Assembly (NCBI GenBank): GCA_041690355.1 | Contig: JAWLHK010000010.1 | Location: 62,001-126,000, forward strand | Origin: a bacterium | Lineage (GTDB): Bacteria > J088 > JAWLBW01 | DNA length: 64,000 bases | Reading direction: 5' to 3' | Shown here: positions 40,991 through 50,602 of the stretch, one piece after another | Numbering within the stretch: the stretch's first letter is position 1 | How the letters are laid out: each line of letters opens with the position of its first letter | The notes under the pieces: generated by a model | Seen by the model: the letters and a program-made list of their open reading frames with translations, nothing else | The model's database searches: none | Told to the model about the DNA's origin: nothing | Translations under genes and position numbers: made by a program

Positions 40991-41650
40991 CTAGAAATAA
41001 TGGGACAGCCCCTGGCGCAGCTCGAGGCGCGCCCGGTGCAGCCGGCTTTTCACCGTTCCTTCGGGCAGCCCCGTACGCCCCGCGATTTCGGCGTAGCTGA
41101 GCCCCTCGATTTCGCGCAGGATCAGCAGTGCGCGGGTGGCGGCCGGGAGCCGGGCGATGCGCGCCTGCACGAGGTCGCGCAGCTCACGCTCTTCACACTG
41201 GCCATAGGCGTCTTTCGCTTCGTCGGCGATCGCGAGCGGCTCGCGCCGGTCTCCGGCATTCTGTTCGAGACTCTGGTTCGAGAAGAACCGCCGCCGGCGC
41301 AGGTATTTCAGCTTGTTCAGCGACTGGTTACGGGCGATCTGGAAGAGCCAGGTGCTGAAGAGGGCGTCGCCGCGGAATCGATCGAGATTCCCATGCAGGG
41401 TTACGAAGACGTCCTGCGTGAGTTCTTCGGCTTCATGCGCGTCGCCGAGCAGGCGCAGGCAGAACGAATAAATGCGGCGGTGGTATCTGCGGAGGAGCCG
41501 GTTGAACGCGGCATTGTCTCCGTCGGCGGCCAGAAGCAGAAGCAGACGATCATCGGGATCTTCCGCCTCATTCCGTTCCGCTCGTACGAAGGCCAGCACC
41601 AACCCCGACAGCGCAAGCGCCGTCCATGCCCCCAGGAGGCCTTCCATCAT
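40991..41650 (-). CDS. ECF sigma-70 factor
   Basis: AEELTQDVF, FSTWLFQIARN and GLSYAEIA..GTVKSRLHRAR. Confidence 0.93.
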   Translation of the reverse strand: MMEGLLGAWTALALSGLVLAFVRAERNEAEDPDDRLLLLLAADGDNAAFNRLLRRYHRRIYSFCLRLLGDAHEAEELTQDVFVTLHGNLDRFRGDALFSTWLFQIARNQSLNKLKYLRRRRFFSNQSLEQNAGDRREPLAIADEAKDAYGQCEERELRDLVQARIARLPAATRALLILREIEGLSYAEIAGRTGLPEGTVKSRLHRARLELRQGLSHYF

Positions 41651-41685
41651 GTTTCATCTCAGGTGTCAGGTTTGCACTCGGACCT

Positions 41686-42234
41686 CTACCGGAGTGCGAC
41701 GCGGGGCGTTTCCCGGTCGCGCTCGGCCGCTTCGAAATAGGCGGCCGGCTCGAAGTTGAACAGCGAAGCGATGAAAGCCGACGGCACGGTTTCGCGCAGG
41801 TTCGTGTAGTCGCGCACCGAGCCGTTGTAGACGGCGCGGGACCCGGCGATGGCGTTCTCGGTGGCCGTGAGATCGGCCATCAACTGGCGCACCTGGGCGT
41901 TGCTCTGCAGCTCGGGATACTTCTCGACGAGCGCGAAGATCTGCCCCAGGGCCGCCGTGACGGCCGAGTCGGCCCTGGCCGCCTCTTCAGGGGTGCGCGC
42001 GTTGACGGCGTGACTGCGCGCCTCGATGACGTCGGTGAGCGTATCCTTCTCCCACTGCATGGCGTCGCGCACGGCGTTGACCAGGTTGGGGATGAGATCG
42101 TAACGCCGTTTCAACTGGACGTCGATCTGCCGCCACAGGTTGCGCACCTGGTTGCGGGCGACGACCAGCCGGTTGTACAGCGTGACGACGATCAACACGG
42201 CCGCAACGATGAAACCCAGCGCTATCCACAGCAT
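41686..42234 (-). CDS. lemA: LemA family protein
   Basis: YNRLV..IDVQLKRRYDLIPNLV and EKYPEL. Confidence 0.93.
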   Translation of the reverse strand: MLWIALGFIVAAVLIVVTLYNRLVVARNQVRNLWRQIDVQLKRRYDLIPNLVNAVRDAMQWEKDTLTDVIEARSHAVNARTPEEAARADSAVTAALGQIFALVEKYPELQSNAQVRQLMADLTATENAIAGSRAVYNGSVRDYTNLRETVPSAFIASLFNFEPAAYFEAAERDRETPRVALR

Positions 42235-42363
42235 GGCTACTCCATCGGCCCGCTGAGCGAGCCCTGACTTCATTATAGGTTGGCAGGCAGCCGGAAAATC
42301 GCCGCGGGAACCGGCTGCGACCCCTGTACTTTACAGCGCCGCCCCGGCCGGTGCAACCGTGTT

Positions 42364-43026
42364 TCAGCGGGAGGATCGGGTGAGCACGGCCAGCGCCCGC
42401 TCGTCTCCGGCGGGCAGCCGGTAGGCGTGTACGGACGGCGGCTCGAATCCGGGATAGCGGGCCGCGGCGATGGCGTCGGCCTCGGCAGGCCCCTTGTAGA
42501 GCACGAGGCGCCCGCCCGGCTTCAGATACGGTTCGCCCAGGCGCACGAGCTCGTCGGCCTTGGCGACGGCGCGGGCGGTGACGGCGTCGAGGGATTCGCG
42601 CAGTCCCATGCGGAAGGCGGGATCCTCGGCGCGCTGCTGCATGGCCGCGATGCGCTCGAGCCCCAGCTCGCGGATGACCGCCTGCACGTAGGTGATCTTC
42701 TTGCCCGTGCCGTCGATGAGCAGCAGGCGCCGATCCGGTCCGGCAATTTTGAGGACCAGTCCGGGAAAGCCGGCGCCGGTGCCGACGTCGAGAATGAAAT
42801 CCTGCGCGCCGAAGTGGCGATGGCCGCCCAGGCTGTCGAGGATGTGCTTGTCGAGAATCTCGTCGACGGTGCGGATGGCGGTCAGGTTGAAGCGCGCATT
42901 CCACTCCATCAGCAGGGCGGTCATGCGGGCGAGAAGCGCCACCTGGCGGTCGTCGAGCGGGGCGCCGAATTCCGCCGCCGTCGTGCGCAGGCGCTCTTCC
43001 TGCGCAGGTGTGAAGCCGGCGCTCAC
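42364..43026 (-). CDS. rsmG: 16S rRNA m7G527 methyltransferase
   Basis: WNARFNLTAI, HILDS, DVGTGAGFPG and TARAV. Confidence 0.96.
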   Translation of the reverse strand: MSAGFTPAQEERLRTTAAEFGAPLDDRQVALLARMTALLMEWNARFNLTAIRTVDEILDKHILDSLGGHRHFGAQDFILDVGTGAGFPGLVLKIAGPDRRLLLIDGTGKKITYVQAVIRELGLERIAAMQQRAEDPAFRMGLRESLDAVTARAVAKADELVRLGEPYLKPGGRLVLYKGPAEADAIAAARYPGFEPPSVHAYRLPAGDERALAVLTRSSR

Positions 43027-43979
43027 GTGAGGGGAATCTCCCGGCCGACTCCCTGCTTCACGGCCGCGTGGTAGACGAAGGCCGCCGTGGCCGTGTCCCA
43101 GAGAGCCATGCCGAGCGAGTGGAAAAGCGTGATCTCGGCGGCGTCCTTGCGGCCGGGAATGCGCCCGGCGGCGACGTCGGCCAGCTCGTGGATCCGCTCC
43201 CAGTGCAGAAAGCCGGCGTCCATGGCCTGCAGAAGCGCCCCCGACTCGAGGGCCGCCTGCTCGCGGGTGTCGACCACGATGCGCCCCGAGCGGCGCAGGA
43301 CCTTGCCGTCGATCTCGCGCTTGATGAGCAGATTGGCGCCGACCGCGTTCACGTGGGCGCCGGGGGCCAGGTCGTTTCCGTCGAAGACCGGCTCCTTGCT
43401 CGTCGTCGCGGTCGTCACGAGCAGCAGGTCGCGCACGGCGTCTTCGGGGCGGGCCACGGGCAGCACGTCGAGGCCGTACCTCTCGCTCATGGCCCCGCAG
43501 AACTCGGCCCGCCGCTGTTCATTGCGCGCGTAGACGCGAATCTTCCTGAGAGGCAGGACTTCGCGCAGCGCCTCGATCTGCCCCTCGGCCTGGAAGCCGG
43601 TGCCGAACAGGCCGCACTCCTCGATGGCCGCCTGCGCCATCCAGCGGGTGGCCACGGCCGTGGCCGCCCCGGTGCGCAGCTGTCCGAGACGGTCGGCTTC
43701 GAGCACGGCCAGCATGTCGCCGGTCTTCGCGTCATAGAGGAAGATGCGGAAGCGGATGCGCCCCCCGAAAGCCGTGTAGGCCTTGAGCGCGAACATCTTC
43801 TGCGCGGGCTGGGCGGCCGCCATCATGTGCAGCATGCCCGCGGGCAGACGCAGGCGGCGGCGCGGCAGGTTGACCGTCTCGCCGGCGCCGGCTTCACGCA
43901 TCGCCTCGTCGACCACGCGGATGCCGTCGGCCATGGTGATCAGAGAAGAGACTTCGGCCTCGGTAAGAAACAGCGCCAT
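43023..43979 (-). CDS. Ornithine cyclodeaminase/mu-crystallin family
   Basis: LRTGAA, GTGFQA, GAHVNAVG and FHSLGMALWD. Confidence 0.92.
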   Translation of the reverse strand: MALFLTEAEVSSLITMADGIRVVDEAMREAGAGETVNLPRRRLRLPAGMLHMMAAAQPAQKMFALKAYTAFGGRIRFRIFLYDAKTGDMLAVLEADRLGQLRTGAATAVATRWMAQAAIEECGLFGTGFQAEGQIEALREVLPLRKIRVYARNEQRRAEFCGAMSERYGLDVLPVARPEDAVRDLLLVTTATTSKEPVFDGNDLAPGAHVNAVGANLLIKREIDGKVLRRSGRIVVDTREQAALESGALLQAMDAGFLHWERIHELADVAAGRIPGRKDAAEITLFHSLGMALWDTATAAFVYHAAVKQGVGREIPLT

Positions 43980-44033
43980 CGTTTTTACGCCCTTGTCGGT
44001 GGAACAGGTCTGGTTTATGGTACAAAAATACCC

Positions 44034-44669
44034 ATGCGCGCACCATTGCGATTCCAGGAACTGCAGCGTGAAGTCGAGGACTGGTGCCGGAACCACGACG
44101 CCGACTGCACGAGCGAATTCACCGTCGACGACGACGAAGTCCCGGCCTTCAGCGTCCGGCTCCACAAAGACGCCCGGCAGATGCACTTCCGCCTCGTGAA
44201 GGGATGGCCGCCGATCATCGAAGCGCGCCGCGACGACTACCCCGACGACGAGCAGAACCTGCGCCTCATCAAGGTCAACAACGACAATTCGTGGAACCCG
44301 CCGATTCACGAAATTCTCGATCCGTGGATCAGCGGCACGCCGTTCACGAACGTGCGTCCGCCGCTGCGCTTTCAGGAGCTGCAGCGCGAACTGGAGCACT
44401 GGTGCCGCGAGCACGGCTGCGTCTGCAATTTCGATTTCACGAAGACCGAAGACCCGGTGCCCACGCTGACCGTGCAGCTGAACCGGGACAGGCGCTGGAT
44501 CAGTTTTCACCTCGTCAAGGCATGGCCCGCGGTGGTCGAAGTGCACCGCAGCGACACCGATGGCGACGGGGCGCGCCGGCTGAAGATTGATCCGAAGACC
44601 AACACGTGGACACCCCCTGTCTATCAGCTGCTCGACCCGTGGATCGCGGGGCGCCCGTTCGAAGGATGA
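44034..44669 (+). CDS. Hypothetical protein made of two tandem ~105-aa repeats
   Basis: PLRFQELQRE..WC, HLVK/RLVK.WP and WxPP...LDPWI.G.PF each occur twice. Confidence 0.8.
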   Translation: MRAPLRFQELQREVEDWCRNHDADCTSEFTVDDDEVPAFSVRLHKDARQMHFRLVKGWPPIIEARRDDYPDDEQNLRLIKVNNDNSWNPPIHEILDPWISGTPFTNVRPPLRFQELQRELEHWCREHGCVCNFDFTKTEDPVPTLTVQLNRDRRWISFHLVKAWPAVVEVHRSDTDGDGARRLKIDPKTNTWTPPVYQLLDPWIAGRPFEG

Positions 44670-44776
44670 GCAGACGGCTCCCCCCGCCCCGGCGCTTTGC
44701 CCCCGGAATCCTGACGATGGGGACGAAACGCCGACTTTTTTCATGTTTCCCCTCCGGGCCCGGCAGCCGGCGCGCA

Positions 44777-44892
44777 CCTACCGGTCGTTAGGAGGCCTGG
44801 GGGAAACGTAACTTCATCAAATCCCAAGTCTTTTCGCGTCCCGCAACGGCAGGGAAACCGCCCGCCGAACGATTTGCCTACCGATTGGTAGG
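44777..44892. promoter_or_regulatory. Two related 16-bp palindromes 100 bp apart upstream of the mevalonate operon
   Basis: cctaccggtcgttagg at 44777 and cctaccgattggtagg at 44877; TATAAT at 44970. Confidence 0.6.
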
Positions 44893-45015
44893 TCGATTTA
44901 TTGAGCGTTATCAGTAGGTTACGGGCGATCTTTCCAATTTTTCGCTTTCTTTTGGCGCGGGCCGGCCGGTATAATGTGCGGGTATTTCTCAGGGGATCCC
45001 CGGGGGCGAGGCTTC

Positions 45016-46083
45016 GTGCTCTCTGAAACCGACATCGGCCGCCGCAAACGCGACCACATCGACATCTGTCTGAACGAGGACGTCCAGTTCCACGAACGGG
45101 GGACGCTGCTCGGCAACGTGCGCCTGCTGCACGAAGCGCTCCCCGAACTGCACGCCGACGAGATCGACCTTTCGGTGCGCATCGCGGGCCGCACCCTGCG
45201 TGCGCCGCTGTACGTCAGCGGCATGACCGGCGGAACCCCTGAGGCTGAGACCATCAACCGCGATCTGGCCGCCGTGGCCGGCGAGCTCGGTATCGCCTTC
45301 GGTCTGGGCAGTCAGCGCCCGCTGCTCGTCGACCCCGGCACGCTCTCGAGCTACCAGGTGCGCGAGGCGGCGCCCGACGTCGTGCTTTTCGGCAACCTCG
45401 GGCTCGTGCAGGCGGCGCAGACCTCGACCGACAAGATCCGTGAGCTGGCGCGCGCCACCGGAATCGACGCCCTGTGCATCCACCTGAACCCTGCGCAGGA
45501 ACTCATGCAGGCCGACGGCGACCGCGACTTCCGCGGCGGCCTCGACACCCTGCGCCGCCTGCAGGGGGAACTTGGCATTCCGCTCATCGTCAAGGAGACC
45601 GGCTGCGGACTCTCGCCGCGCGCGCTGGCGAGCATCCGCTCGACCGGCGTCACCACGGTTGACGTGGCCGGCGCCGGCGGCACGAGCTGGGTGGCGGTCG
45701 AAACGCGCCGCGCAGCGGCAGAACGGCGCCCCGTGGGCGAAAGCATGTGGGACTGGGGCATCCCGACCGCCGCCTCGCTGCTCGCGGCGGGCCAGACCGG
45801 CGGGCTCACCGTGCTCGCCAGCGGAGGGGTGCGCAGCGGAACCGATGTCGTCAACGCGCTGGCCCTCGGCGCCACGGCGGTCGGCATGGCGCAGCCGTAC
45901 CTGAAGGCGCGCCACGAAGGGGGCCGTGACGGCGTGCGCCGCCTGGCGCAACAACTGATTGAACAGATCCGCATGGTCCTGCTGCTGACCGGCTCGCGCA
46001 CGGTCGCCGACCTGCACAAGGCGCCGCGGATTCTCGTCGGCGAACTCGAAACCTGGTCGCGCCAGCTCGCGGCCCTGCGTTGA
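45016..46083 (+). CDS. fni: Type 2 isopentenyl-diphosphate isomerase
   Basis: RKRDHI, GMTGG, GSQR, HLNPAQE, KETGCG, GAGGTSW and WGIPT. Confidence 0.96.
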   Translation: MLSETDIGRRKRDHIDICLNEDVQFHERGTLLGNVRLLHEALPELHADEIDLSVRIAGRTLRAPLYVSGMTGGTPEAETINRDLAAVAGELGIAFGLGSQRPLLVDPGTLSSYQVREAAPDVVLFGNLGLVQAAQTSTDKIRELARATGIDALCIHLNPAQELMQADGDRDFRGGLDTLRRLQGELGIPLIVKETGCGLSPRALASIRSTGVTTVDVAGAGGTSWVAVETRRAAAERRPVGESMWDWGIPTAASLLAAGQTGGLTVLASGGVRSGTDVVNALALGATAVGMAQPYLKARHEGGRDGVRRLAQQLIEQIRMVLLLTGSRTVADLHKAPRILVGELETWSRQLAALR

Positions 46084-46096
46084 GGTGAGGTCCATC

Positions 46097-47104
46097 ATGC
46101 ACGCGGTAGCACGCAGTCACGCCAACATCGCGCTCGTGAAGTACTGGGGCAAACGGGATGCGAAGCTCAACCTGCCCATTGTCGGCAGCATTTCACTGAC
46201 CCTCGCAGAGCTGGCGACCGAGACCTCGGTGACCTTCGACGAGAGCCTCGAACACGATACGCTCGAACTCAACGGTGCTCCGGGCGATCCCGCCGCCACG
46301 GCGAAGGTCGCGAAGTTTCTCGATCTCGTGCGCGAGAAGGCCCGCATCCGCGCGCATGCGCGGGTCCTCTCGAAGAACAACTTTCCCACCGCGAGCGGCC
46401 TCGCTTCCAGCAGCTCCGCCTTCTCGGCCCTGGCGCTCGCGTCGACGACCGCCGCGGGGCTTCTGCTTCCGCCGCCGCTCTTGAGCGAGCTGGCGCGCCG
46501 CGGTTCCGGAAGCGCCGCCCGATCGCACTACGGCGGATTTGCGGAGATGAAGCCGGGGATCCGCAGCGACGGCAGCGACGCCATCGCCGTTCCGCTTGCG
46601 CCCCAGGATCATTGGAACGTGCGCATCGTCGTCGGCGTCACGACGCGCGACCAGAAAGCGGTCAGCTCGACCGACGGCATGGAAACGACGACACGCACCT
46701 CTCCCTACTTCCCCGTCTGGGTCCAGACGCAGGAGGCTGACCTGGACGCGATGCGCGATGCGATCGCCCGCCGCGATCTTTCCCTGGTCGGCGAACTCAT
46801 GGAGCACAACACGCTCAAGATGCACGCGGCGGGGCTCGCCGCGCGGCCTGGGGTGCTCTACTGGAACGGGCGCACGGTCGACCTGATCCACACCGTGTAC
46901 CAGCTGCGCCGCGAAGGGGTCGGCGCCTGGTTCACGATCGATGCCGGTCCCCACGTCAAGGTGCTCTGCCTGACCGAAGACGCCGACCGGGTCGCGCGCG
47001 CCCTCGCATCCGTCCCGGGCGTCCGCGATACGATCGTCTGCTCCCCCGGGCCGGGCGCCCACCTGATCGAGGAGCGCGAAAGCGTCTTCGCCCGCCGCGC
47101 ATGA
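46097..47104 (+). CDS. mvaD: Diphosphomevalonate decarboxylase
   Basis: NIALVKYWGK, PTASGLASSSS, RRGSGSAARS and DAGPHV. Confidence 0.96.
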   Translation: MHAVARSHANIALVKYWGKRDAKLNLPIVGSISLTLAELATETSVTFDESLEHDTLELNGAPGDPAATAKVAKFLDLVREKARIRAHARVLSKNNFPTASGLASSSSAFSALALASTTAAGLLLPPPLLSELARRGSGSAARSHYGGFAEMKPGIRSDGSDAIAVPLAPQDHWNVRIVVGVTTRDQKAVSSTDGMETTTRTSPYFPVWVQTQEADLDAMRDAIARRDLSLVGELMEHNTLKMHAAGLAARPGVLYWNGRTVDLIHTVYQLRREGVGAWFTIDAGPHVKVLCLTEDADRVARALASVPGVRDTIVCSPGPGAHLIEERESVFARRA

Positions 47105-48117
47105 CGTTGATGGCGACCATGGCCGCGACTGCACGCGCACCCGGAAAGCTCGTCCTCCTCGGCGAGTACGCCGTTCTCGAGGGAGGCCCGGCCTGGGTGG
47201 CGGCGGTCGACCGCATGGTAACCGCCGAGGCCCTCCCGCGCGAAGCGGGACGCGGTTCCATCCTGCATGCCCTGGGCGATCGCGAGCGTGTGCTGGAGGC
47301 GGCGTGGAGCGACAACCGGTGGGCATTCGCGGAACCGGGATGGGCGCTGGCCGCCGAAGCCATGACCGCGGCATTCGGCGCGGAGGCGCCGTCCCTGCGG
47401 ATCGACTCGCGATCCTTCTTCCTCACCGATTCCACCGCGACCGCCAAGGCCGGCTTCGGATCCTCGGCGGCCGTGGTCGCTTCGATTCTGCGCCTGGGGG
47501 ATCCGGACGCCTCGGCCGACGACCTGTTCGCACGGGCGCGCGCCGTGCACCATGCCGCACAGGGTAATCTCGGGAGCGGCATCGACATTGCCGCCTCGGT
47601 CTACGGCGGCGTCCTGGCCTATCGCCTCGAGAATGGCGTTCCGCTTGCGGAGTCTCTGCCGATTCCGCCCGGGCTGGCCCTGCGGGCCGTCTGGATGGGG
47701 GCCCCTGCGAGCACTCCGGAGCTCGTCGGACGCGTGTTAGAATGGAAAACTTCGAGCCCGCTGGCCTTCGACGTCTGCATGGGTGCGCTCGTCGACACGG
47801 CGGCCGACGCGCAGCTTGCGGTACGCGCGGGCGACGCCTCGGCGATCGTGGAACTGGCGGGCGAATACGGCCGCCGCCTTGAAGAATTGGGTGTTGCGTC
47901 GCAGGCGCCGATCGTGACCGCCGCCATGCGTGAACTGGCCGCGGCTGTCGGTCGGCATGCGCGCGTGAAGCCGAGCGGCGCGGGGGGCGGCGACGTGGCG
48001 CTCGTGTTCGCCACGACGGATCGGATGGACGATCTCGACCGTCGACTGGCGGCCCATGGTGCTTGCGTCATTCCGTTGGGCTGGGGTGCACCTGGAGCCA
48101 CAGGAATTGACGATTGA
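47101..48117 (+). CDS. Phosphomevalonate kinase (GHMP)
   Basis: APGKLVLLGEYAVL, KAGFGSSAA, GSGIDIAAS and KPSGAGGGD; operon context. Confidence 0.88.
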   Translation: MTLMATMAATARAPGKLVLLGEYAVLEGGPAWVAAVDRMVTAEALPREAGRGSILHALGDRERVLEAAWSDNRWAFAEPGWALAAEAMTAAFGAEAPSLRIDSRSFFLTDSTATAKAGFGSSAAVVASILRLGDPDASADDLFARARAVHHAAQGNLGSGIDIAASVYGGVLAYRLENGVPLAESLPIPPGLALRAVWMGAPASTPELVGRVLEWKTSSPLAFDVCMGALVDTAADAQLAVRAGDASAIVELAGEYGRRLEELGVASQAPIVTAAMRELAAAVGRHARVKPSGAGGGDVALVFATTDRMDDLDRRLAAHGACVIPLGWGAPGATGIDD

Positions 48118-48288
48118 CGATTTACGATTGACGATTTATCGGCAAGTACCGGTGAGAACCCTTGGCCGTTCGTCCCGAGCTGACGGCGCGAAATGGAATG
48201 GAGCGCGACAGCGAGGGGGCGTCTCCCAGCGCCCGTGGCGACCGACGACTTTCGACAGAAGACTGACGACTGAAGACTGAAGACTGAC
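48106..48288 (+). repeat. ACGATT(G/T) and GACTGA(A/C) heptamer arrays
   Basis: Array 48106-48138 overlaps the PMK stop; array 48261-48288 abuts the HMGR ATG. Confidence 0.85.
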
Positions 48289-48289
48289 T

Positions 48290-49588
48290 ATGGACTGGTC
48301 CTCTTTTCCCCGCCTCGGCCTCGACGCCCGCATCGCCATGCTGGTGCGCGAAGGCAAATTGACCGCCGAAGAAGGCCGCGTGCTGCGATCGAGCGGCGGC
48401 GCCATGACGGCGGAACGGGCCGACACGCTGATCGAGAACGTCATCGGCGTGCTCGAGATTCCTGTCGGCCTCGGCATCAACTTTCTCATCAACGGTGAAG
48501 AGCGCCTGGTTCCCATGGCGGTCGAGGAGCCGAGCATCGTCGCCGCGGCCAGCCACATTGCGCGCATCGTGCGCGACGCCGGGGGCTACGAAGCCTCGAT
48601 GTCCGAGCCGATCATGATCGCGCAGCTCCAGGTGCTCGGCGCAGCCGAACCGGAGAACGCCCGCCGGCTCCTTCTCGAGCAGAAGGGAGACCTGCTCGCC
48701 GCCGCCAACGCCCTGCAGCCGAACCTCGTGAACCGCGGCGGCGGCGCGCGCGATATCGAAGTGCGCGTCCTCGAAGACGACCGCCCCGACCTGAGCGCGC
48801 GCTACAAGGCGCAACTCGTCGTGCACCTGCTCGTCGACGTGCGCGACGCCATGGGTGCGAACCTGCTCAACACGATGGCCGAAGGGATCGCGCCGCTCGT
48901 GGAGTCGATCACCGGCGGGCGCGTCCTGCTGCGCATCCTCTCGAATCTCGCGGATCGGCGCCTGGCCACCGCGCGCGTGCGCATACCGTCCGACCTGCTC
49001 GCCTTCAAGCAGTACGACGGCGCGACCGTCGTGCATAACGTCGTCGAAGCGGCGCGCCTGGCTGAACTGGACCCCTACCGAGCGGCCACGCACAACAAGG
49101 GGATCATGAACGCCGTCGACGCGGTCTGCCTCGCCACGGGCAACGACTGGCGCGCGCAGGAAGCCGGCGCCCACGCCTTCGCCGCCCGCGAAGGGCGCTA
49201 CCGTTCCCTCACGTCGTGGCGCGAAGACGGCGGCGCCCTCGTCGGCGAGATTACCCTCCCCGTCCAGGTCGGCACGGTCGGCGCGCAGATCCAGGGGCAT
49301 CCGGTCGTGCGTATCCTGCACCGCCTGCTCGCCGTGAAGGATGCCCGCGATCTCGGGCAGGTCATGGCCTGCGCGGGGCTCGGGCAGAACCTGGCCGCCC
49401 TCAAGGCGCTCGCCACCGAGGGGATTCAGGCCGGGCACATGTCGCGCCACGCGCGCGCCGTCGCCGCCTCGGCCGGCGTCCCCGCCGACCGCATCGACGA
49501 GGTCGCGCAGCTGCTCATGGACAGCGGCGAAATCAAAATCTGGAAGGCGCGGGAGATCCTCGCCGTCCTGCAACAGGAAAAGGTCTGA
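48290..49588 (+). CDS. mvaA: Class II HMG-CoA reductase
   Basis: ENVIG, EEPSIVAA, DAMGAN, THNKGIMN, GNDWRA and GIQAGHM. Confidence 0.97.
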   Translation: MDWSSFPRLGLDARIAMLVREGKLTAEEGRVLRSSGGAMTAERADTLIENVIGVLEIPVGLGINFLINGEERLVPMAVEEPSIVAAASHIARIVRDAGGYEASMSEPIMIAQLQVLGAAEPENARRLLLEQKGDLLAAANALQPNLVNRGGGARDIEVRVLEDDRPDLSARYKAQLVVHLLVDVRDAMGANLLNTMAEGIAPLVESITGGRVLLRILSNLADRRLATARVRIPSDLLAFKQYDGATVVHNVVEAARLAELDPYRAATHNKGIMNAVDAVCLATGNDWRAQEAGAHAFAAREGRYRSLTSWREDGGALVGEITLPVQVGTVGAQIQGHPVVRILHRLLAVKDARDLGQVMACAGLGQNLAALKALATEGIQAGHMSRHARAVAASAGVPADRIDEVAQLLMDSGEIKIWKAREILAVLQQEKV

Positions 49589-49590
49589 AC

Positions 49591-50535
49591 ATGGCGCAGG
49601 CATTCGGCAAAACCATTCTCTTCGGCGAGCACTCGGTGGTTCACGGCCGGCGGGCCATCGCGGCAAGCCTCCCCATCCCGATCGACACGCGGGTTCTCCG
49701 TGCCGAATCGGGCGGCGTGCGTCTGCGCGTCCCGGCCTGGGAACTGGATCATCCGCTGAGCAAGCTGCCCGACATCAGCCGCACGCTCGACGAGGCCGTC
49801 GCGCGCCTTCTCGAGCTGACCGGACTGCGCGGCGAATCGATGGTCATCGAAGTGACCCCCCATCTGACCAGCGGGGCCGGCCTCGGCAGCAGCGCGGCCA
49901 TCAGCGTGGCGATCCTGCGCGCGCTCAGCGAAACGTACGAGCTCGGCCTCGACAACGAGCGGGTCTGCGCGCACGCCTTCGAAGCCGAGAAGGTGTTCCA
50001 CGGCACGCCGTCGGGGCTCGACAACACGATCAGCACCTACGGCGGCATGCTCCTTTTCCGCAAAGGAACGCCGGCGCTTATCGAGCAGATCCCCGTGCGG
50101 CGCGCGATTCCCCTCGTCGTCGCGCTCTCGGGCAAGACGGGCGACACCAAGACCACGGTCGCGGCCGTTCGCACCGCCCACGCGCGGAACCCTTCCGCCT
50201 ATGAGTTCCTCTTCGACAGCATCGACGCCATCGTCGAACGCGCGCTGCCCGCCATCCGCGAGCAGGATCTCGAGACCCTCGGGCTGCTCATGAGCCACAA
50301 CCACGGCATTCTGCGCACGATGGGCGTTTCCACGCGGGAACTCGACTTTCTCACCGACATCGCCGAGAAGCAGGGGGCCTTCGGGGCCAAACTCACGGGC
50401 GGCGGCGGCGGCGGCGCCATCATCGCCGTCTGCGCCCCCGAGAATGGCGACCGCATCGTCCAGGCCATCCGCGGCGAGGGCTTCCAGGCCTTCTTCACTT
50501 CAGTCGGCGTGGCGAGCGCGGCGGTAGCCGCCTAG
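49591..50535 (+). CDS. mvk: Mevalonate kinase
   Basis: GKTILFGEHSVVHG, GLGSSAA, HGTPSGLD and KLTGGGGGG. Confidence 0.95.
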   Translation: MAQAFGKTILFGEHSVVHGRRAIAASLPIPIDTRVLRAESGGVRLRVPAWELDHPLSKLPDISRTLDEAVARLLELTGLRGESMVIEVTPHLTSGAGLGSSAAISVAILRALSETYELGLDNERVCAHAFEAEKVFHGTPSGLDNTISTYGGMLLFRKGTPALIEQIPVRRAIPLVVALSGKTGDTKTTVAAVRTAHARNPSAYEFLFDSIDAIVERALPAIREQDLETLGLLMSHNHGILRTMGVSTRELDFLTDIAEKQGAFGAKLTGGGGGGAIIAVCAPENGDRIVQAIRGEGFQAFFTSVGVASAAVAA

Positions 50536-50602
50536 GTCGCTGCGGGTCGGCGCGCACGGTTAGTCCGGACAGCGGAGCGGGGAGGCGGGTACAATGATCC
50601 CC

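Noticed and set aside
43023-44777. 584-aa and 533-aa ORFs spanning the OCD-like gene and the repeat protein
   Set aside because: Read-through artefacts; the real genes are 43023-43979 (-) and 44034-44669 (+), divergently arranged
44690-44880. Hammerhead (CTGACGA...GAAA) or c-di-GMP-I riboswitch-like words
   Set aside because: Hammerhead stem II and the UH site do not form; the GGCAAA...GGGACGC match is imperfect and on the strand opposite the flanking genes
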